Assembly: GCA_965248835.1 (NCBI GenBank)
Contig: CBDFLJ010000001.1
Location: 1,248,001 to 1,312,000 of the forward strand
Length of the DNA: 64,000 bases
Source: Alphaproteobacteria bacterium
GTDB taxonomy: Bacteria > Pseudomonadota > Alphaproteobacteria > MPNO01
Direction: 5' to 3'
Shown here: positions 20,589 to 30,043 of the stretch, piece after piece
How positions within the stretch are numbered: the first letter of the stretch is position 1
How the letters are laid out: each line of letters begins with the position of its first letter
Notes under the pieces: model-generated
Databases searched by the model: none
The model's input: only the letters and a program-made list of their open reading frames with translations
What the model was told of the DNA's origin: nothing
Translations under genes and position numbers: made by a program

Positions 20589-21206
20589 ATGAGGTCCCAG
20601 ATCATCACCGGTTTGCTGGCGCTCTCGGTCGGATTGGGCAGCGGTTGGCTGTTGTTCGCGGAGTTGCCGAGCTCGGCCGCCGGACAAGGTACCGCTCAGG
20701 CAAGCTCTGCATCGGTCGGCGGTACGTTGGGTCCCGCGCGCCGCGCAGGGCAACGCGATCACGGCCACCGGCACGACGCCGGGCGCGGCGGCAGCCGACA
20801 GAGCGCCCCGGCCATGCCCGGGCGCTGCCGGACCTTGCTGGACCGGGCCGGCGCCATTCCTCCGCGTCTCTTCCTGCCGGATGTGGAAGCCGAAATTGCC
20901 GCTCTCGCCAAGCTCGGGCTCGACCAGCGACAGCAGAATACGATCCGCGGCGCCTTCAACGCCGAAGCCGCGGCCGTCGAGCGGAGCAGACGCGCCTTGA
21001 AAGCGGCGCAACAGAAACTCGGACGCCTGAGTCCGGAAAACGAGGGTGTTGGCGGCGCACGTTCCCGGGTCGCGTTCTCGGCGCATCGGGCGCTGGACCA
21101 TGTTCTGGACGCCTCTTCCAAGCGGCGCGACGCCGTGCTCGCTGTGCTCTCGGCGCCGCAGCGAACCAAGCTCTTGGCACTGGAAGAAGCGGATGGGACG
21201 AATTGA
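20589..21206 (+). CDS. Periplasmic Spy/CpxP-like helical protein
   Basis: RBS GGAGG, signal/TM segment, LGLDQRQQ and VLSAPQR (LTxxQ-like) motifs, His-rich DHGHRHD. Confidence 0.55.
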   Translation: MRSQIITGLLALSVGLGSGWLLFAELPSSAAGQGTAQASSASVGGTLGPARRAGQRDHGHRHDAGRGGSRQSAPAMPGRCRTLLDRAGAIPPRLFLPDVEAEIAALAKLGLDQRQQNTIRGAFNAEAAAVERSRRALKAAQQKLGRLSPENEGVGGARSRVAFSAHRALDHVLDASSKRRDAVLAVLSAPQRTKLLALEEADGTN

Positions 21207-21230
21207 GTCACACACCATCCCGTCACAATC

Positions 21231-21249
21231 ATGAATGATTATCGTTATT
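21231..21249. promoter_or_regulatory. Putative Fur box upstream of hemP
   Basis: ATGAATGATTATCGTTATT is 14/19 to consensus, in an AT-rich intergenic patch. Confidence 0.55.
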
Positions 21250-21636
21250 GATAAGCCGGAGTTGCGGCGACGGGTCCGATACGAGATCTCGGCCACTGAA
21301 GCCGAGTCCTGGCGTCGTCGCTCGGGAGCAGCGACGCAACAACGGCGGGAACCATTGCTTTCGGCACCGGACAAGCCCGGCGGCACGCGTGTCGGCGAGC
21401 CTTGCGATGGCGGTGTCCGTTGCACTGCAAGTCACGATCTGTTCGCCGGCGCCAAGGAGGTGATCTTGGAACATGGCGGCGAGCAATATCGGCTGCGCCG
21501 CACCAGAAAGGGAGAGCGGATCTTGACGAAATTGATTTATCGAGGATTGGCGATCGGCCGCTTCCTGCCACCCGTTTCGCGCCCTGTGGACGCCGGGCTG
21601 TTGTGGCAGGAATGGGATGAAAGGAGCACGCCTTGA
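21235..21636 (+). CDS. hemP: Hemin uptake protein HemP domain (start uncertain, C-terminally extended)
   Basis: SHDLFAGAKEVILEHGGEQYRLRRTRKGERILTK matches the HemP core; the true start is probably downstream of 21235. Confidence 0.7.
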   Translation: MIIVIDKPELRRRVRYEISATEAESWRRRSGAATQQRREPLLSAPDKPGGTRVGEPCDGGVRCTASHDLFAGAKEVILEHGGEQYRLRRTRKGERILTKLIYRGLAIGRFLPPVSRPVDAGLLWQEWDERSTP

Positions 21637-21835
21637 AGGCCATCCAAGCCAGCTACCCGCGACCGACCGGGCGCATGACAGCCAGCCAGGACGGCACACC
21701 CAAGAGGACGCAAAAAATGGCGAACGGTGTTGGCGCCGCCTTGAGCGGAGCACGCCGTATGAATGGATTGATTTCTGTCGTTTCCGCGGCGCCGAGAATG
21801 GGCATGCCGCTATGACGCGCGGGGCGGATCTGACA

Positions 21836-22276
21836 ATGAAACGCCGTCAAGCCACGCGCGGGCGGCTGCGCCGGTCGATCTGCGGAGTCCTCATCGGCTT
21901 CATGGCGACGACGGCGCAGGCCGCCGATCGGAACCTCTCGATCGAGCTCAACAAGCTGGAGCCGCACGGTAGTGCCTGTCGAGCCTATCTCGTTCTCGAA
22001 AACAAGACCGGGGCCCGTTTCAAGACACTCAAGCTCGACCTCGTAATGTTCGACACCGGCGGCATCATTGCAAAGCGGCTCGCTGTCGAGGCGGCGCCCC
22101 TGCCCGTCGGCAAGACCAGCCTCAAGGTCTTTGACATTGGCGGCTTGCCCTGCGAGGTCGTGGGTCGGGTTCTGCTCAACGACGTGATGGCCTGCGCCGA
22201 CGCCTCGGGCGAGCGCGACGACTGCCTGGACCTGGTCGTCCCAGCGTCGCGCGGCCCGGTCGACCTCATCAAATGA
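21836..22276 (+). CDS. Exported Cys-containing hypothetical protein upstream of exbB
   Basis: Basic N-terminus and signal peptide ending AQA; IELNKLEP..CRAYLV, LDLVMFD and four Cys in the mature part. Confidence 0.7.
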   Translation: MKRRQATRGRLRRSICGVLIGFMATTAQAADRNLSIELNKLEPHGSACRAYLVLENKTGARFKTLKLDLVMFDTGGIIAKRLAVEAAPLPVGKTSLKVFDIGGLPCEVVGRVLLNDVMACADASGERDDCLDLVVPASRGPVDLIK

Positions 22277-22322
22277 ACCAGGCGCGTCCCGATAGGGCTT
22301 GTCGAGAAGGCTGAAACGTGAT

Positions 22323-22341
22323 GAAAATGATTGTCATTCGC
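22323..22341. promoter_or_regulatory. Putative Fur box upstream of exbB
   Basis: GAAAATGATTGTCATTCGC is 15/19 to consensus. Confidence 0.6.
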
Positions 22342-22421
22342 ATTATTAACGGACGCGCTTGTTTGCAGCCGCCACTCGACCTCGGGCGCGACGGGATCGG
22401 GCGCTACGGTATCGAGGGCCG

Positions 22422-23180
22422 ATGGACATGAACCAGGTGACGGCCGCCGCCGAATTCTCTGGACCCGAGGCTCTGCAGGGGCTCGTCGAGCGGGTGCAGG
22501 AGCTGCTGCAAGCCGGCGGGCCGGTGGTCGCGATCCTGCTCGTCCTGTCGGTGGCGGCGCTCGCAATCGTCTTCGTGAAGCTGATCCAGTTCCGCGTGGC
22601 CCGCGTCGCCGACCGGCGGACAGCGCGCGAGGCGCTGCGTCTATGGCATGCCGGGCGGGTTCGCGAAGCGCTGGCATGCGCCGATCGCTCAAAGAATCCG
22701 GCGGCTCAGGCGCTGGCGTGCGCCATGCGCGGGCAGCGCCGCGGCCTGCCCGAGACCATGGTGCGCGAGGAGGTGGTGCGCTACGGCGGCGAAATGCTGG
22801 AGTCGCTGCACGCCTGGTTCCGGCCGCTGGAAGTGATCGCCTCACTAGCGCCGCTGCTCGGCTTGTTCGGCACGGTGCTCGGCATGATCGCGGCGTTCCA
22901 GCAATTGGAAACCGCCGGCAATCAGGTCAATCCGGCGATCCTCTCCGGCGGCATCTGGGAGGCGCTGCTGACCACCGCCGTCGGCCTCGCCGTTGCCATC
23001 CCCGTCGTCGTGGTCCTGAACTGGCTAGAGCGCAAGGTGGACCGCCTAGCGCGAGAGATGGACAGCGTCGTCACCCGCATATTCACCGAGGAGCTGTCGG
23101 CGGAGTCCGACCAACCCGAGGAAGACGAGCGCCATGAATCGGCCCGTTTCCGCGCTGCCGCCGCGACGGCTGGCGAATAG
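22422..23180 (+). CDS. exbB: MotA/TolQ/ExbB proton channel protein
   Basis: APLLGLFGTVLGMI and GGIWEALLTTAVGLAVAIP. Confidence 0.92.
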   Translation: MDMNQVTAAAEFSGPEALQGLVERVQELLQAGGPVVAILLVLSVAALAIVFVKLIQFRVARVADRRTAREALRLWHAGRVREALACADRSKNPAAQALACAMRGQRRGLPETMVREEVVRYGGEMLESLHAWFRPLEVIASLAPLLGLFGTVLGMIAAFQQLETAGNQVNPAILSGGIWEALLTTAVGLAVAIPVVVVLNWLERKVDRLAREMDSVVTRIFTEELSAESDQPEEDERHESARFRAAAATAGE

Positions 23181-23562
23181 CACGCAGCGGCGCCCGCTGA
23201 TCAGCCTCACGCCGCTGATCGACGTGGTGTTCATCCTGCTTGTCTTCTTCATGCTGGCGTCGTCCTTCCTCGACTGGCGCGCGATCGACCTGAATGCCCC
23301 GGCGCAGACGGCCGCCGGATCGTCTGTTGAGGGGGCGCTGCTGGTCGAGGTGGGGTCCGAGGACCTGCGGCTCTCCGGCGAAACGATGTCATTGGAGACA
23401 CTAGCCGCCCGCGTGGCCGAGCGCGTGGCGGTTAATCCCGAGCAGAAGGTGCTGGTGAAGCCCGCTTCCGGAGTGCCGCTCCAGGGCGCGGTCGAGATAC
23501 TCGACGGGCTGACCTCGGCCGGCGTTATCGATCTCTCGCTGATCCGCGGCGCAAGGCGGTGA
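23134..23562 (+). CDS. exbD: Biopolymer transporter ExbD
   Basis: SLTPLIDVVFILLVFFML. Confidence 0.9.
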   Translation: MNRPVSALPPRRLANSTQRRPLISLTPLIDVVFILLVFFMLASSFLDWRAIDLNAPAQTAAGSSVEGALLVEVGSEDLRLSGETMSLETLAARVAERVAVNPEQKVLVKPASGVPLQGAVEILDGLTSAGVIDLSLIRGARR

Positions 23563-23566
23563 CGCG

Positions 23567-23971
23567 TTGCGCTTCGAGCCGCCCCGCCTGAAGAACGACG
23601 AAGAGCGCATCCTGCCGCTGATCAACGTCGTCTTTCTCTTACTGATTTTCTTCATGCTGGTGGGCAAGCTCGCGGCGTCCGACCCCTTCGAGATCGCGCC
23701 GCCGCGTTCGGCGAGCGAGGGGCCGGCCGGGACGCAGGAAATGCTTGTGCTCGTTGGGGCTGACGGCAAGCTCGCCCTCGACGGCAAGGTTCTGGAGGAG
23801 ACGGCGCTTGAGGCTGCGGTGGCCGAGCGTCTCTCGGCAAGCGAAGAGACGCGGGTGCGCCTCAAGGCCGATGGCCGGGCCGAAGCGACACAGGTGATCG
23901 CGGTGATGGAGCGCCTGCGTGCGGCGGGCGTCGAGCGGCTCAAACTCTTGACTGTGTCGGAGGGAGGCTGA
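23567..23971 (+). CDS. exbD: Biopolymer transporter ExbD (second copy)
   Basis: ILPLINVVFLLLIFFML and LKADG. Confidence 0.88.
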   Translation: MRFEPPRLKNDEERILPLINVVFLLLIFFMLVGKLAASDPFEIAPPRSASEGPAGTQEMLVLVGADGKLALDGKVLEETALEAAVAERLSASEETRVRLKADGRAEATQVIAVMERLRAAGVERLKLLTVSEGG

Positions 23972-25296
23972 TGCAAGCCGCCGGCCGGCACTGGGCGTTG
24001 GCGCTCTCCGGGTCCGTGCTGATCCATATCGGCGTCGTGGCAGCCATCCTGTGGCAACCACCAGAGTCCGGTGCCCGGAGTGCCGGCATGGGCGGCGTGG
24101 AAGTCTCGCTGGGCCCGGCTGGCGGTGCGCCCGGCGGCGAGGCACAACCCGTCGAGGCTTTTGCCGAGGCAGAGGCGGTCAAGCCTACCGAGACCGCGGC
24201 GACGCGGACCCCGCCCGCCGAGGCGGCCGTCGAGCCCCCAGAGCCGGTGCCGCCGGAGCAGGCCCAACTGGTCGAGGCCGCCAAACCCAGTGAGACACCC
24301 GTCGAAACCGTGCCGGTCGAGGATTCGGCGCCCGTGGAGGTGGCAGAGACGGCCCCGGTCGAGACGATGGTGGAGGTCGTCGAGCGCCGGTTGCCTCTGC
24401 CGGCCGAGGCCGCACCACCGGAAGAGGTCGTCGCGAAGGCTGTGGTCGCACCGCCGCTGCCCACACCGAAGCCCCGCCCGCCGGAGTTGACCCGACAAGG
24501 GACGGCGCTCGCGCCTCAGTCCGCGCCTGAGCAGGCCCAACTGGTCGAGGCCGCCAAACCCAGTGAGACACCCGTCGAAACCGTGCCGGTCGAGGATTCG
24601 GCGCCCGTGGAGGTGGCGGAGACGGCCCCGGTCGAGACGATGGTGGAGGTCGTCGAGCGCCGGTCGCCTCTGCCGGCCGAGGCCGCACCACCGGAAGAGG
24701 TCGTCGAGCACCGGCCGCCCCTGCCGGTCGAGGCCGCGCCACCGGAAGAGGTCGTCGCGAAGGCTGTGGTCGCACCGCCGCTGCCCACACCGAAGCCCCG
24801 CCCGCCGGAGTTGACCCGACAAGAGACGGCGCTCGCGCCTCAGTCCGCGCCTGAGCCGGCCCGACGGACCGCGGAGGTGCTCGAGCCGACGGAAGAGCAG
24901 ACGGCCGCCGTTACGCCGACGGTATCGGGCACCGGAGGTAAAGCCGGCACACAGGTGAGCCCGGAGGCTGGCAGCGCTGACGCATCCAGCGGCGGTGGCA
25001 TGCCGGGCGCCACGGCCAACTACATGGCCCTGCTACGGGCCTGGTTCGAGCGGCACAAGGAGTACCCCCGCCGGGCGCAGATGCGCGGCCAGGAGGGGAC
25101 TGCGCTCCTCTACTTTGTAATGGACCGCGACGGGCGGGTGATCGAGTTCCGGTTGCAGCAGAGCTCCGGCCACGACCTGCTCGACCGCGAGGTGGCGGCG
25201 ATGATCGAACGCGCCCAACCGCTGCCGAAGATGCCGGACGAAATGCGCCAGACCCGCCTCAAGCTGGTCGTGCCGGTGCAGTTCCTCCTCTGGTGA
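23971..25296 (+). CDS. tonB: Energy transducer TonB with expanded Pro/Glu-rich linker
   Basis: TM with SVLIH, Pro-rich linker, C-terminal YPRRAQMRGQEG and SSGHDLLD. Confidence 0.92.
   Translation: MQAAGRHWALALSGSVLIHIGVVAAILWQPPESGARSAGMGGVEVSLGPAGGAPGGEAQPVEAFAEAEAVKPTETAATRTPPAEAAVEPPEPVPPEQAQLVEAAKPSETPVETVPVEDSAPVEVAETAPVETMVEVVERRLPLPAEAAPPEEVVAKAVVAPPLPTPKPRPPELTRQGTALAPQSAPEQAQLVEAAKPSETPVETVPVEDSAPVEVAETAPVETMVEVVERRSPLPAEAAPPEEVVEHRPPLPVEAAPPEEVVAKAVVAPPLPTPKPRPPELTRQETALAPQSAPEPARRTAEVLEPTEEQTAAVTPTVSGTGGKAGTQVSPEAGSADASSGGGMPGATANYMALLRAWFERHKEYPRRAQMRGQEGTALLYFVMDRDGRVIEFRLQQSSGHDLLDREVAAMIERAQPLPKMPDEMRQTRLKLVVPVQFLLW
24256..24852 (+). repeat. Near-identical in-frame tandem duplication (273-bp unit; second copy carries an extra 51-bp sub-duplication)
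   Basis: GAGCAGGCCCAACTGGTCGAGGCCGCCAAACCC... begins at 24256 and again at 24529; both copies end CAGTCCGCGCCT. Confidence 0.95.
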
Positions 25297-25440
25297 GTCC
25301 TTCGCTCGAAGCCCGGTCCCTTAACGGGCGCCGATAAGAGCATGGGAACCGAAGCGCGAACAGACGCTCCGCGCCGCCGCCCGCATCGCGCTGAGGAAGC
25401 AGATACTTATGCCGACCCGCGCTGATGAAGACTGACGAAG

Positions 25441-25627
25441 GGGATTCCTGAATCGGGGTTTTTTCCGATTCATCATGGCAAACGAAAGGAGGTTTGCCAT
25501 GGCCGCCCCGATCCTCCTTCGAGCCGACTACGACGGAGCGACGCTGCGTGAGCTTGCCAAGGCGTCGTCGGACGCGAACCAGACCCGCCGTCTGCTGGCG
25601 CTGGCGGTGATCTACGACGGTGGCCGG
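25441..25627 (+). mobile_element. IS630-family transposase remnant (N-terminal ~42 codons only)
   Basis: RBS AAGGAGG and ATG at 25499: [42 protein letters not shown], the typical alphaproteobacterial IS630 N-terminus; no DDE domain follows. Confidence 0.75.
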
Positions 25628-25810
25628 TGGGGCGATTCGGCCCAACATGCATTGCGCCTTTTTCGGCACTGTTCGAGTTATCCTGATCTCATCAAGATCG
25701 GCCGCAGGGCCGGCATCGTGCCTGAGAAACACCTTGGCGACTCCGAGGTGCCACCTGGTTGGTACGACGGGTATCCGAGACGGGCCGCCTGGCTCGGTTG
25801 ACTTGCAAGC
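25628..25810 (+). pseudogene. Degenerate partial copy of the DUF2325 gene 5' region
   Basis: Aligns to 15778-15960; 35 bp identical (25688-25722 = 15838-15872) with indels around it. Confidence 0.85.
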
Positions 25811-25878
25811 TCAGAAACCACAGCAGAGGCGGACAATCGATGTGCTACAAAAACCGAGAATTCCATTTGCTGACGACG

Positions 25879-25890
25879 GCGAGGGCACCC
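25879..25890 (+). repeat. 12-bp direct repeat GCGAGGGCACCC, right boundary of the iron island
   Basis: Identical to 10020-10031. Confidence 0.55.
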
Positions 25891-25916
25891 TGAGCCGACC
25901 AGAGGAGGATCCGGGC

Positions 25917-26207
25917 ATGGTCGAGAAACTCACCGCGGAGCAGCGCGCCGAGGCGGTCTCCACGCTGCCCGGCTGGGCGGATGTCGAGGGGCGGGATGCG
26001 ATCTGCAAGACCTTCCAGTTCGGCGATTTCAACGAGGCCTTCGGCTTCATGAGCCGGGTCGCGCTGATGGCCGAGAAGGCCGACCACCACCCCGAATGGT
26101 TCAACGTCTACAACCGGGTCGAGATCACGCTGTCGACCCATGACGCCGGCGGGCTCAGCCAGCGCGACGTGGACCTGGCGCACGTCATCGACCGGCTTGC
26201 CGGCTAG
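25917..26207 (+). CDS. phhB: Pterin-4-alpha-carbinolamine dehydratase
   Basis: RBS GAGGAGG; [26 protein letters not shown]. Confidence 0.93.
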   Translation: MVEKLTAEQRAEAVSTLPGWADVEGRDAICKTFQFGDFNEAFGFMSRVALMAEKADHHPEWFNVYNRVEITLSTHDAGGLSQRDVDLAHVIDRLAG

Positions 26208-27081
26208 CGCCGCGGGCGACATAGAGCGCACCGCCGACGATCATCAGCGCGCCGAGGAGCGTCCAGCCCGAGGGGATTTCGGCGAACAGGAAGAAGCCGA
26301 TCAGGCTGGCGTAGATCAGCCGTATGTATTCCAGCGGCCCGACGACCGAGGCCTCGCCGACGCTGAAGCCCTTGACGAAGCAGGCCATGGCGATTGCGGT
26401 AAGCACGCCGATCAGGACCAGCATGCCGAAGCTTGCCGGATCGGGCGTCTTCCACACCCACAGCGCCGGGCCGGCAAACAGCACGATCCCGAAGAGATGG
26501 TAGTAGAACAGGATGCGGATCACCGGTTCGGTCGTCGACATCCGGCGGATCAGGACGATCGCCAGCGCGAACAGCGCCGCCGCGACCAGGGCGACCACCC
26601 AGGCGATATCGAACACCGCGCCGCCGGGGCGGACCATGACCAGAACGCCGAGAAAGCCGAAGGCGGTCGCCCCCCAGCGGCGCCAGCCGACGGCCTCGCC
26701 CAGCATCACGACCGCGAGCAGGGTAAGGAACAGCGGGCGGGTGAAAGCCGCCGCCGTCGCGTCGGCGAGGTAGAGATGGATCACCGAGTAATAGACCGCG
26801 GCCTGGCCGGTGCCGGCGATCACCGCCCGGGTCAGGTGCAGGAAGATACGTTCGGTCTGCCAGGCCGCGCGGCCGGCCTTGACGAGCCAGGGGATGAGGA
26901 TCAGGAGCCCCACGACGTAGCGGAACAGGGCCATCTGGACCGGGTCGAACGCCTGGCCGAGCGTCTTGACCACGCCGTCGGTCAGCGCGAAGAAAGCCGA
27001 GCCCAGGACGATCCACAGCGCGCCCTGGGCGTTGCCCGACAGGCCGCTCAGGCTTGCCGCCAGTCTGGTCCGCCCGCTCAC
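26185..27081 (-). CDS. DMT/EamA family transporter
   Basis: About 10 TM helices, [22 protein letters not shown] and FAEIP. Confidence 0.88.
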   Translation of the reverse strand: MSGRTRLAASLSGLSGNAQGALWIVLGSAFFALTDGVVKTLGQAFDPVQMALFRYVVGLLILIPWLVKAGRAAWQTERIFLHLTRAVIAGTGQAAVYYSVIHLYLADATAAAFTRPLFLTLLAVVMLGEAVGWRRWGATAFGFLGVLVMVRPGGAVFDIAWVVALVAAALFALAIVLIRRMSTTEPVIRILFYYHLFGIVLFAGPALWVWKTPDPASFGMLVLIGVLTAIAMACFVKGFSVGEASVVGPLEYIRLIYASLIGFFLFAEIPSGWTLLGALMIVGGALYVARGASRQAGR

Positions 27082-27191
27082 CGCCGGCCCTCGCCTCGCC
27101 GCCCTTCCGGCATCGTTCCGACTCCACACGTGCCGGCCGGCCGTGCCTGCCCTAACATGCCGACCGGCGGGGTTCGGGGGAAGGCCGGGCG

Positions 27192-27998
27192 ATGAACCGG
27201 GGGGCGTTTCAGGGCAAGACGGTCTGGATCACCGGCGCCTCCGGCGGGTTGGGCGAGGCCCTGGCGCATGCCTTCCGCGCCGCCGGTGCGCGGCTGGTCC
27301 TGTCCGCCCGGCGCGAGGCCGCGCTCGCGCGCGTCGCCGGCGATCTCGGCGGCGGGCCCGACGAGATCCTGGTCGTGCCGATGGACCTCACCCGGCCGGA
27401 AGCGATCGAGGATGCGGTCCGGGCGGTGCACACCCGGCTCGGCGCCATCGATGTCCTGGTCAACAACGCCGGCCAGACCCAGCGCGCGCTGGTCCGCGAT
27501 GCCGCGCCCGCGGTGACCCGGGCGCTGTTCGAGGTCAATGTCTTCGGCCCGCTGGCGCTGACCCGCGCCGTGCTGCCGGCGATGACCGAGGCCGGCGGCG
27601 GGCGGATCGTGGTGATCTCCTCGATCGCCGCGCTCTATTCCTCGCCCTACCGGTCGGGCTACAACGCCGCGAAGAAGGCGCTGCACGGCCTGTTCGACGC
27701 CTTGCGTGCGGAAGAGCACAGCAACGGGATCCAGGTCAGCCTGATCGTGCTGGGCGCGGTGCGCACCGACGTGTCGGTCAACGCGCTGCGCGCCGACGGC
27801 AGCCGCTACGGCCGCATGGACCCGGCGATGGCTGCCGGCATGGACCCCGCCGCCGTGGCGCGGCGCATCGTCGAGGCCGCCGCTTCCGGCCGCGAGGAGA
27901 TCCTCATCGCCCCGCTTCCCCAGCGCTGGCTGGTCTGGCGCAAGAAGTATTTCGCCGGTTTGGCCTCGCGCGCGGTTCGTCTGAAGCCATCGCGCTGA
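27192..27998 (+). CDS. Short-chain dehydrogenase/reductase (DHRS7-like)
   Basis: TGASGGLG, NNAG and YNAAK. Confidence 0.9.
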   Translation: MNRGAFQGKTVWITGASGGLGEALAHAFRAAGARLVLSARREAALARVAGDLGGGPDEILVVPMDLTRPEAIEDAVRAVHTRLGAIDVLVNNAGQTQRALVRDAAPAVTRALFEVNVFGPLALTRAVLPAMTEAGGGRIVVISSIAALYSSPYRSGYNAAKKALHGLFDALRAEEHSNGIQVSLIVLGAVRTDVSVNALRADGSRYGRMDPAMAAGMDPAAVARRIVEAAASGREEILIAPLPQRWLVWRKKYFAGLASRAVRLKPSR

Positions 27999-28071
27999 GC
28001 CACGCCGCGGCGGGGCTTGACGCTCGCGCAGGCCTGCGCGAGATAGGGCGGCTGGTGCAAGGGGAAACGTT

Positions 28072-30024
28072 TTGACCGAGCCGCTGTGGACGCCCTCGCC
28101 CGAACGGATCGCCGGGGCGAACCTCACGCGGTATCGCCGGTTCCTGGCCGACGGGCCGGGCGTGAAGGCGGCCGACTATCCGGCGCTCCATCGCTGGTCG
28201 GTCGAGAACCGCGAAGCGTTCTGGTGCTCGGTCTGGGATTTCTGCGGGGTGATCGCCGCGACCAGGGGCGACGTCGTGCTGGAGGACGGCGAGCGCATGC
28301 CCGGCGCACGCTGGTTTCCCGATGCGCGGCTCAACTTCGCCGAGAACCTGCTGCGCCGGCGCGATGACGGGCCGGCGATCATCTTCCGCGGCGAGGACCG
28401 GGCGCGCCGGACGCTGAGCCACCGCGCGCTCTACGATCTGGTCTCCCGCCTCGCCCAGGCGTTCGAGGACGCAGGCATCGGCGCTGGCGACCGGGTGGCG
28501 GGCTTCCTGCCCAATATCCCCGAGGCGGTCGCGGCGATGCTGGCGGCGGCGAGCCTGGGCGCCATCTGGTCTTCCTGCTCGCCCGATTTCGGCGTGGCCG
28601 GGATGCTCGACCGATTCGGCCAGATCGAGCCCAAGCTCCTGATCACCGCCGACGGTTACACCTATAACGGCAAGCCGATCGGATCGCTCGACCGGGTCGC
28701 GGAAGCGCTTGAAAGCCTGCCCTCCGTCACCCGGGTCATCGTGGTCCCCTATCTCGAGGACGCCCCCGATATCGGCGGGCTCGGCAACGCCCAGGTGCTG
28801 GGCGATGCGATCGCGCCCTTTGCCGCGCGCACGATCGCTTTCCGCCGGCTGCCGTTCGCCCACCCGCTCTATATCCTCTACTCCTCGGGGACCACCGGGA
28901 TCCCCAAATGCATCGTTCATAGTGCCGGGGGCACGCTGCTGCAGCATCTGAAGGAGCACGTCCTCCACACCGACGTGAAGCCGGACGACCGGGTGTTCTA
29001 TGCCACCACCCTGGGCTGGATGATGTGGAACTGGCTGGTCTCGACCCTGGCTGCCGGCGCGACGGCTCTGCTCTATGACGGCGCGCCCTTCCATCCCGGG
29101 CCCGAGGCGCTGTTCGATTTCGCCGACGAGACGGGCATGACCCATTTCGGCACCTCGGCCAAGTACATCGATGCGGTCAAGAAGGCGGGCCTGGCACCGG
29201 CCCGCAGCCATGCGCTGGCGCCGCTGCGCGCGATGATGTCGACCGGCTCGCCGCTGGTCCCGGAGAGCTTCGCGTTCGTCTACCGCTCGGTGAAGGCCGA
29301 TCTCTGCCTGTCCTCGATCTCCGGCGGGACGGACATCGTGTCCTGCTTCGTGCTCGGCAACCCGACGGCGCCGGTGTGGAGCGGCGAGATCCAGGCCTTC
29401 GGGCTCGGCATGGACATCGCCGTCCTCGACGATGACGGCAAGCCGGTCGTCGGGCAGAAGGGCGAGCTGGTCTGCGCCCAGTCGTTTCCGGCGATGCCGA
29501 TCATGTTCTGGAACGATGAGGGGGACAGCCGCTACCGCGCGGCCTATTTCGAGCGGTTCCCCGGCGTGTGGTGCCACGGCGACTATGCCGAGGTCACCGA
29601 GCGCGGCGGCATGGTGATCTACGGCCGCTCGGATGCGGTGCTCAACCCGGGCGGGGTGCGCATCGGCACTGCGGAGATCTACCGCCAGGTCGAGCAGCTC
29701 GACGAGGTCGAGGAGGGGCTCTGCGTCGGCCAGGACTGGCAGGGCGATGTCCGGGTGGTGCTGTTCGTCAAGCTGGCGCCCGGACGGACGCTCGACGAGG
29801 CGCTGATCGGGCGCATCCGCGAGCGCATCCGCACCGGCGCCAGCCCGCGCCACGTGCCGGCCCGGGTCATCGCGGTCCCCGACATCCCGCGCACCAAATC
29901 GGGCAAGATCGTCGAGCTTGCCGTGCGTGCGGTGGTCCACGGCGAGGCGGTGCGCAACATCGAGGCGCTTGCCAACCCTGAGGCGCTGGACCATTTCCGC
30001 GACCGTGCCGAACTGCGAAGCTGA
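28072..30024 (+). CDS. Acetoacetate--CoA ligase
   Basis: [45 protein letters not shown] and [10 protein letters not shown]. Confidence 0.92.
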   Translation: MTEPLWTPSPERIAGANLTRYRRFLADGPGVKAADYPALHRWSVENREAFWCSVWDFCGVIAATRGDVVLEDGERMPGARWFPDARLNFAENLLRRRDDGPAIIFRGEDRARRTLSHRALYDLVSRLAQAFEDAGIGAGDRVAGFLPNIPEAVAAMLAAASLGAIWSSCSPDFGVAGMLDRFGQIEPKLLITADGYTYNGKPIGSLDRVAEALESLPSVTRVIVVPYLEDAPDIGGLGNAQVLGDAIAPFAARTIAFRRLPFAHPLYILYSSGTTGIPKCIVHSAGGTLLQHLKEHVLHTDVKPDDRVFYATTLGWMMWNWLVSTLAAGATALLYDGAPFHPGPEALFDFADETGMTHFGTSAKYIDAVKKAGLAPARSHALAPLRAMMSTGSPLVPESFAFVYRSVKADLCLSSISGGTDIVSCFVLGNPTAPVWSGEIQAFGLGMDIAVLDDDGKPVVGQKGELVCAQSFPAMPIMFWNDEGDSRYRAAYFERFPGVWCHGDYAEVTERGGMVIYGRSDAVLNPGGVRIGTAEIYRQVEQLDEVEEGLCVGQDWQGDVRVVLFVKLAPGRTLDEALIGRIRERIRTGASPRHVPARVIAVPDIPRTKSGKIVELAVRAVVHGEAVRNIEALANPEALDHFRDRAELRS

Positions 30025-30043
30025 GCCCCAACGGGAGAGGACG

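Larger units (their letters stand above)
10020..25890. mobile_element. Putative inserted iron-acquisition island
   Basis: Bounded by the 12-bp direct repeat; visibly less GC-rich than the flanks; IS630 remnant near the right end; functionally coherent iron-uptake content; no integrase seen. Confidence 0.55.

Noticed and set aside
24256-24852. Repeats that might be a CRISPR array or a mobile element
   Set aside because: In-frame coding duplication in tonB; no repeat-spacer periodicity and no cas genes
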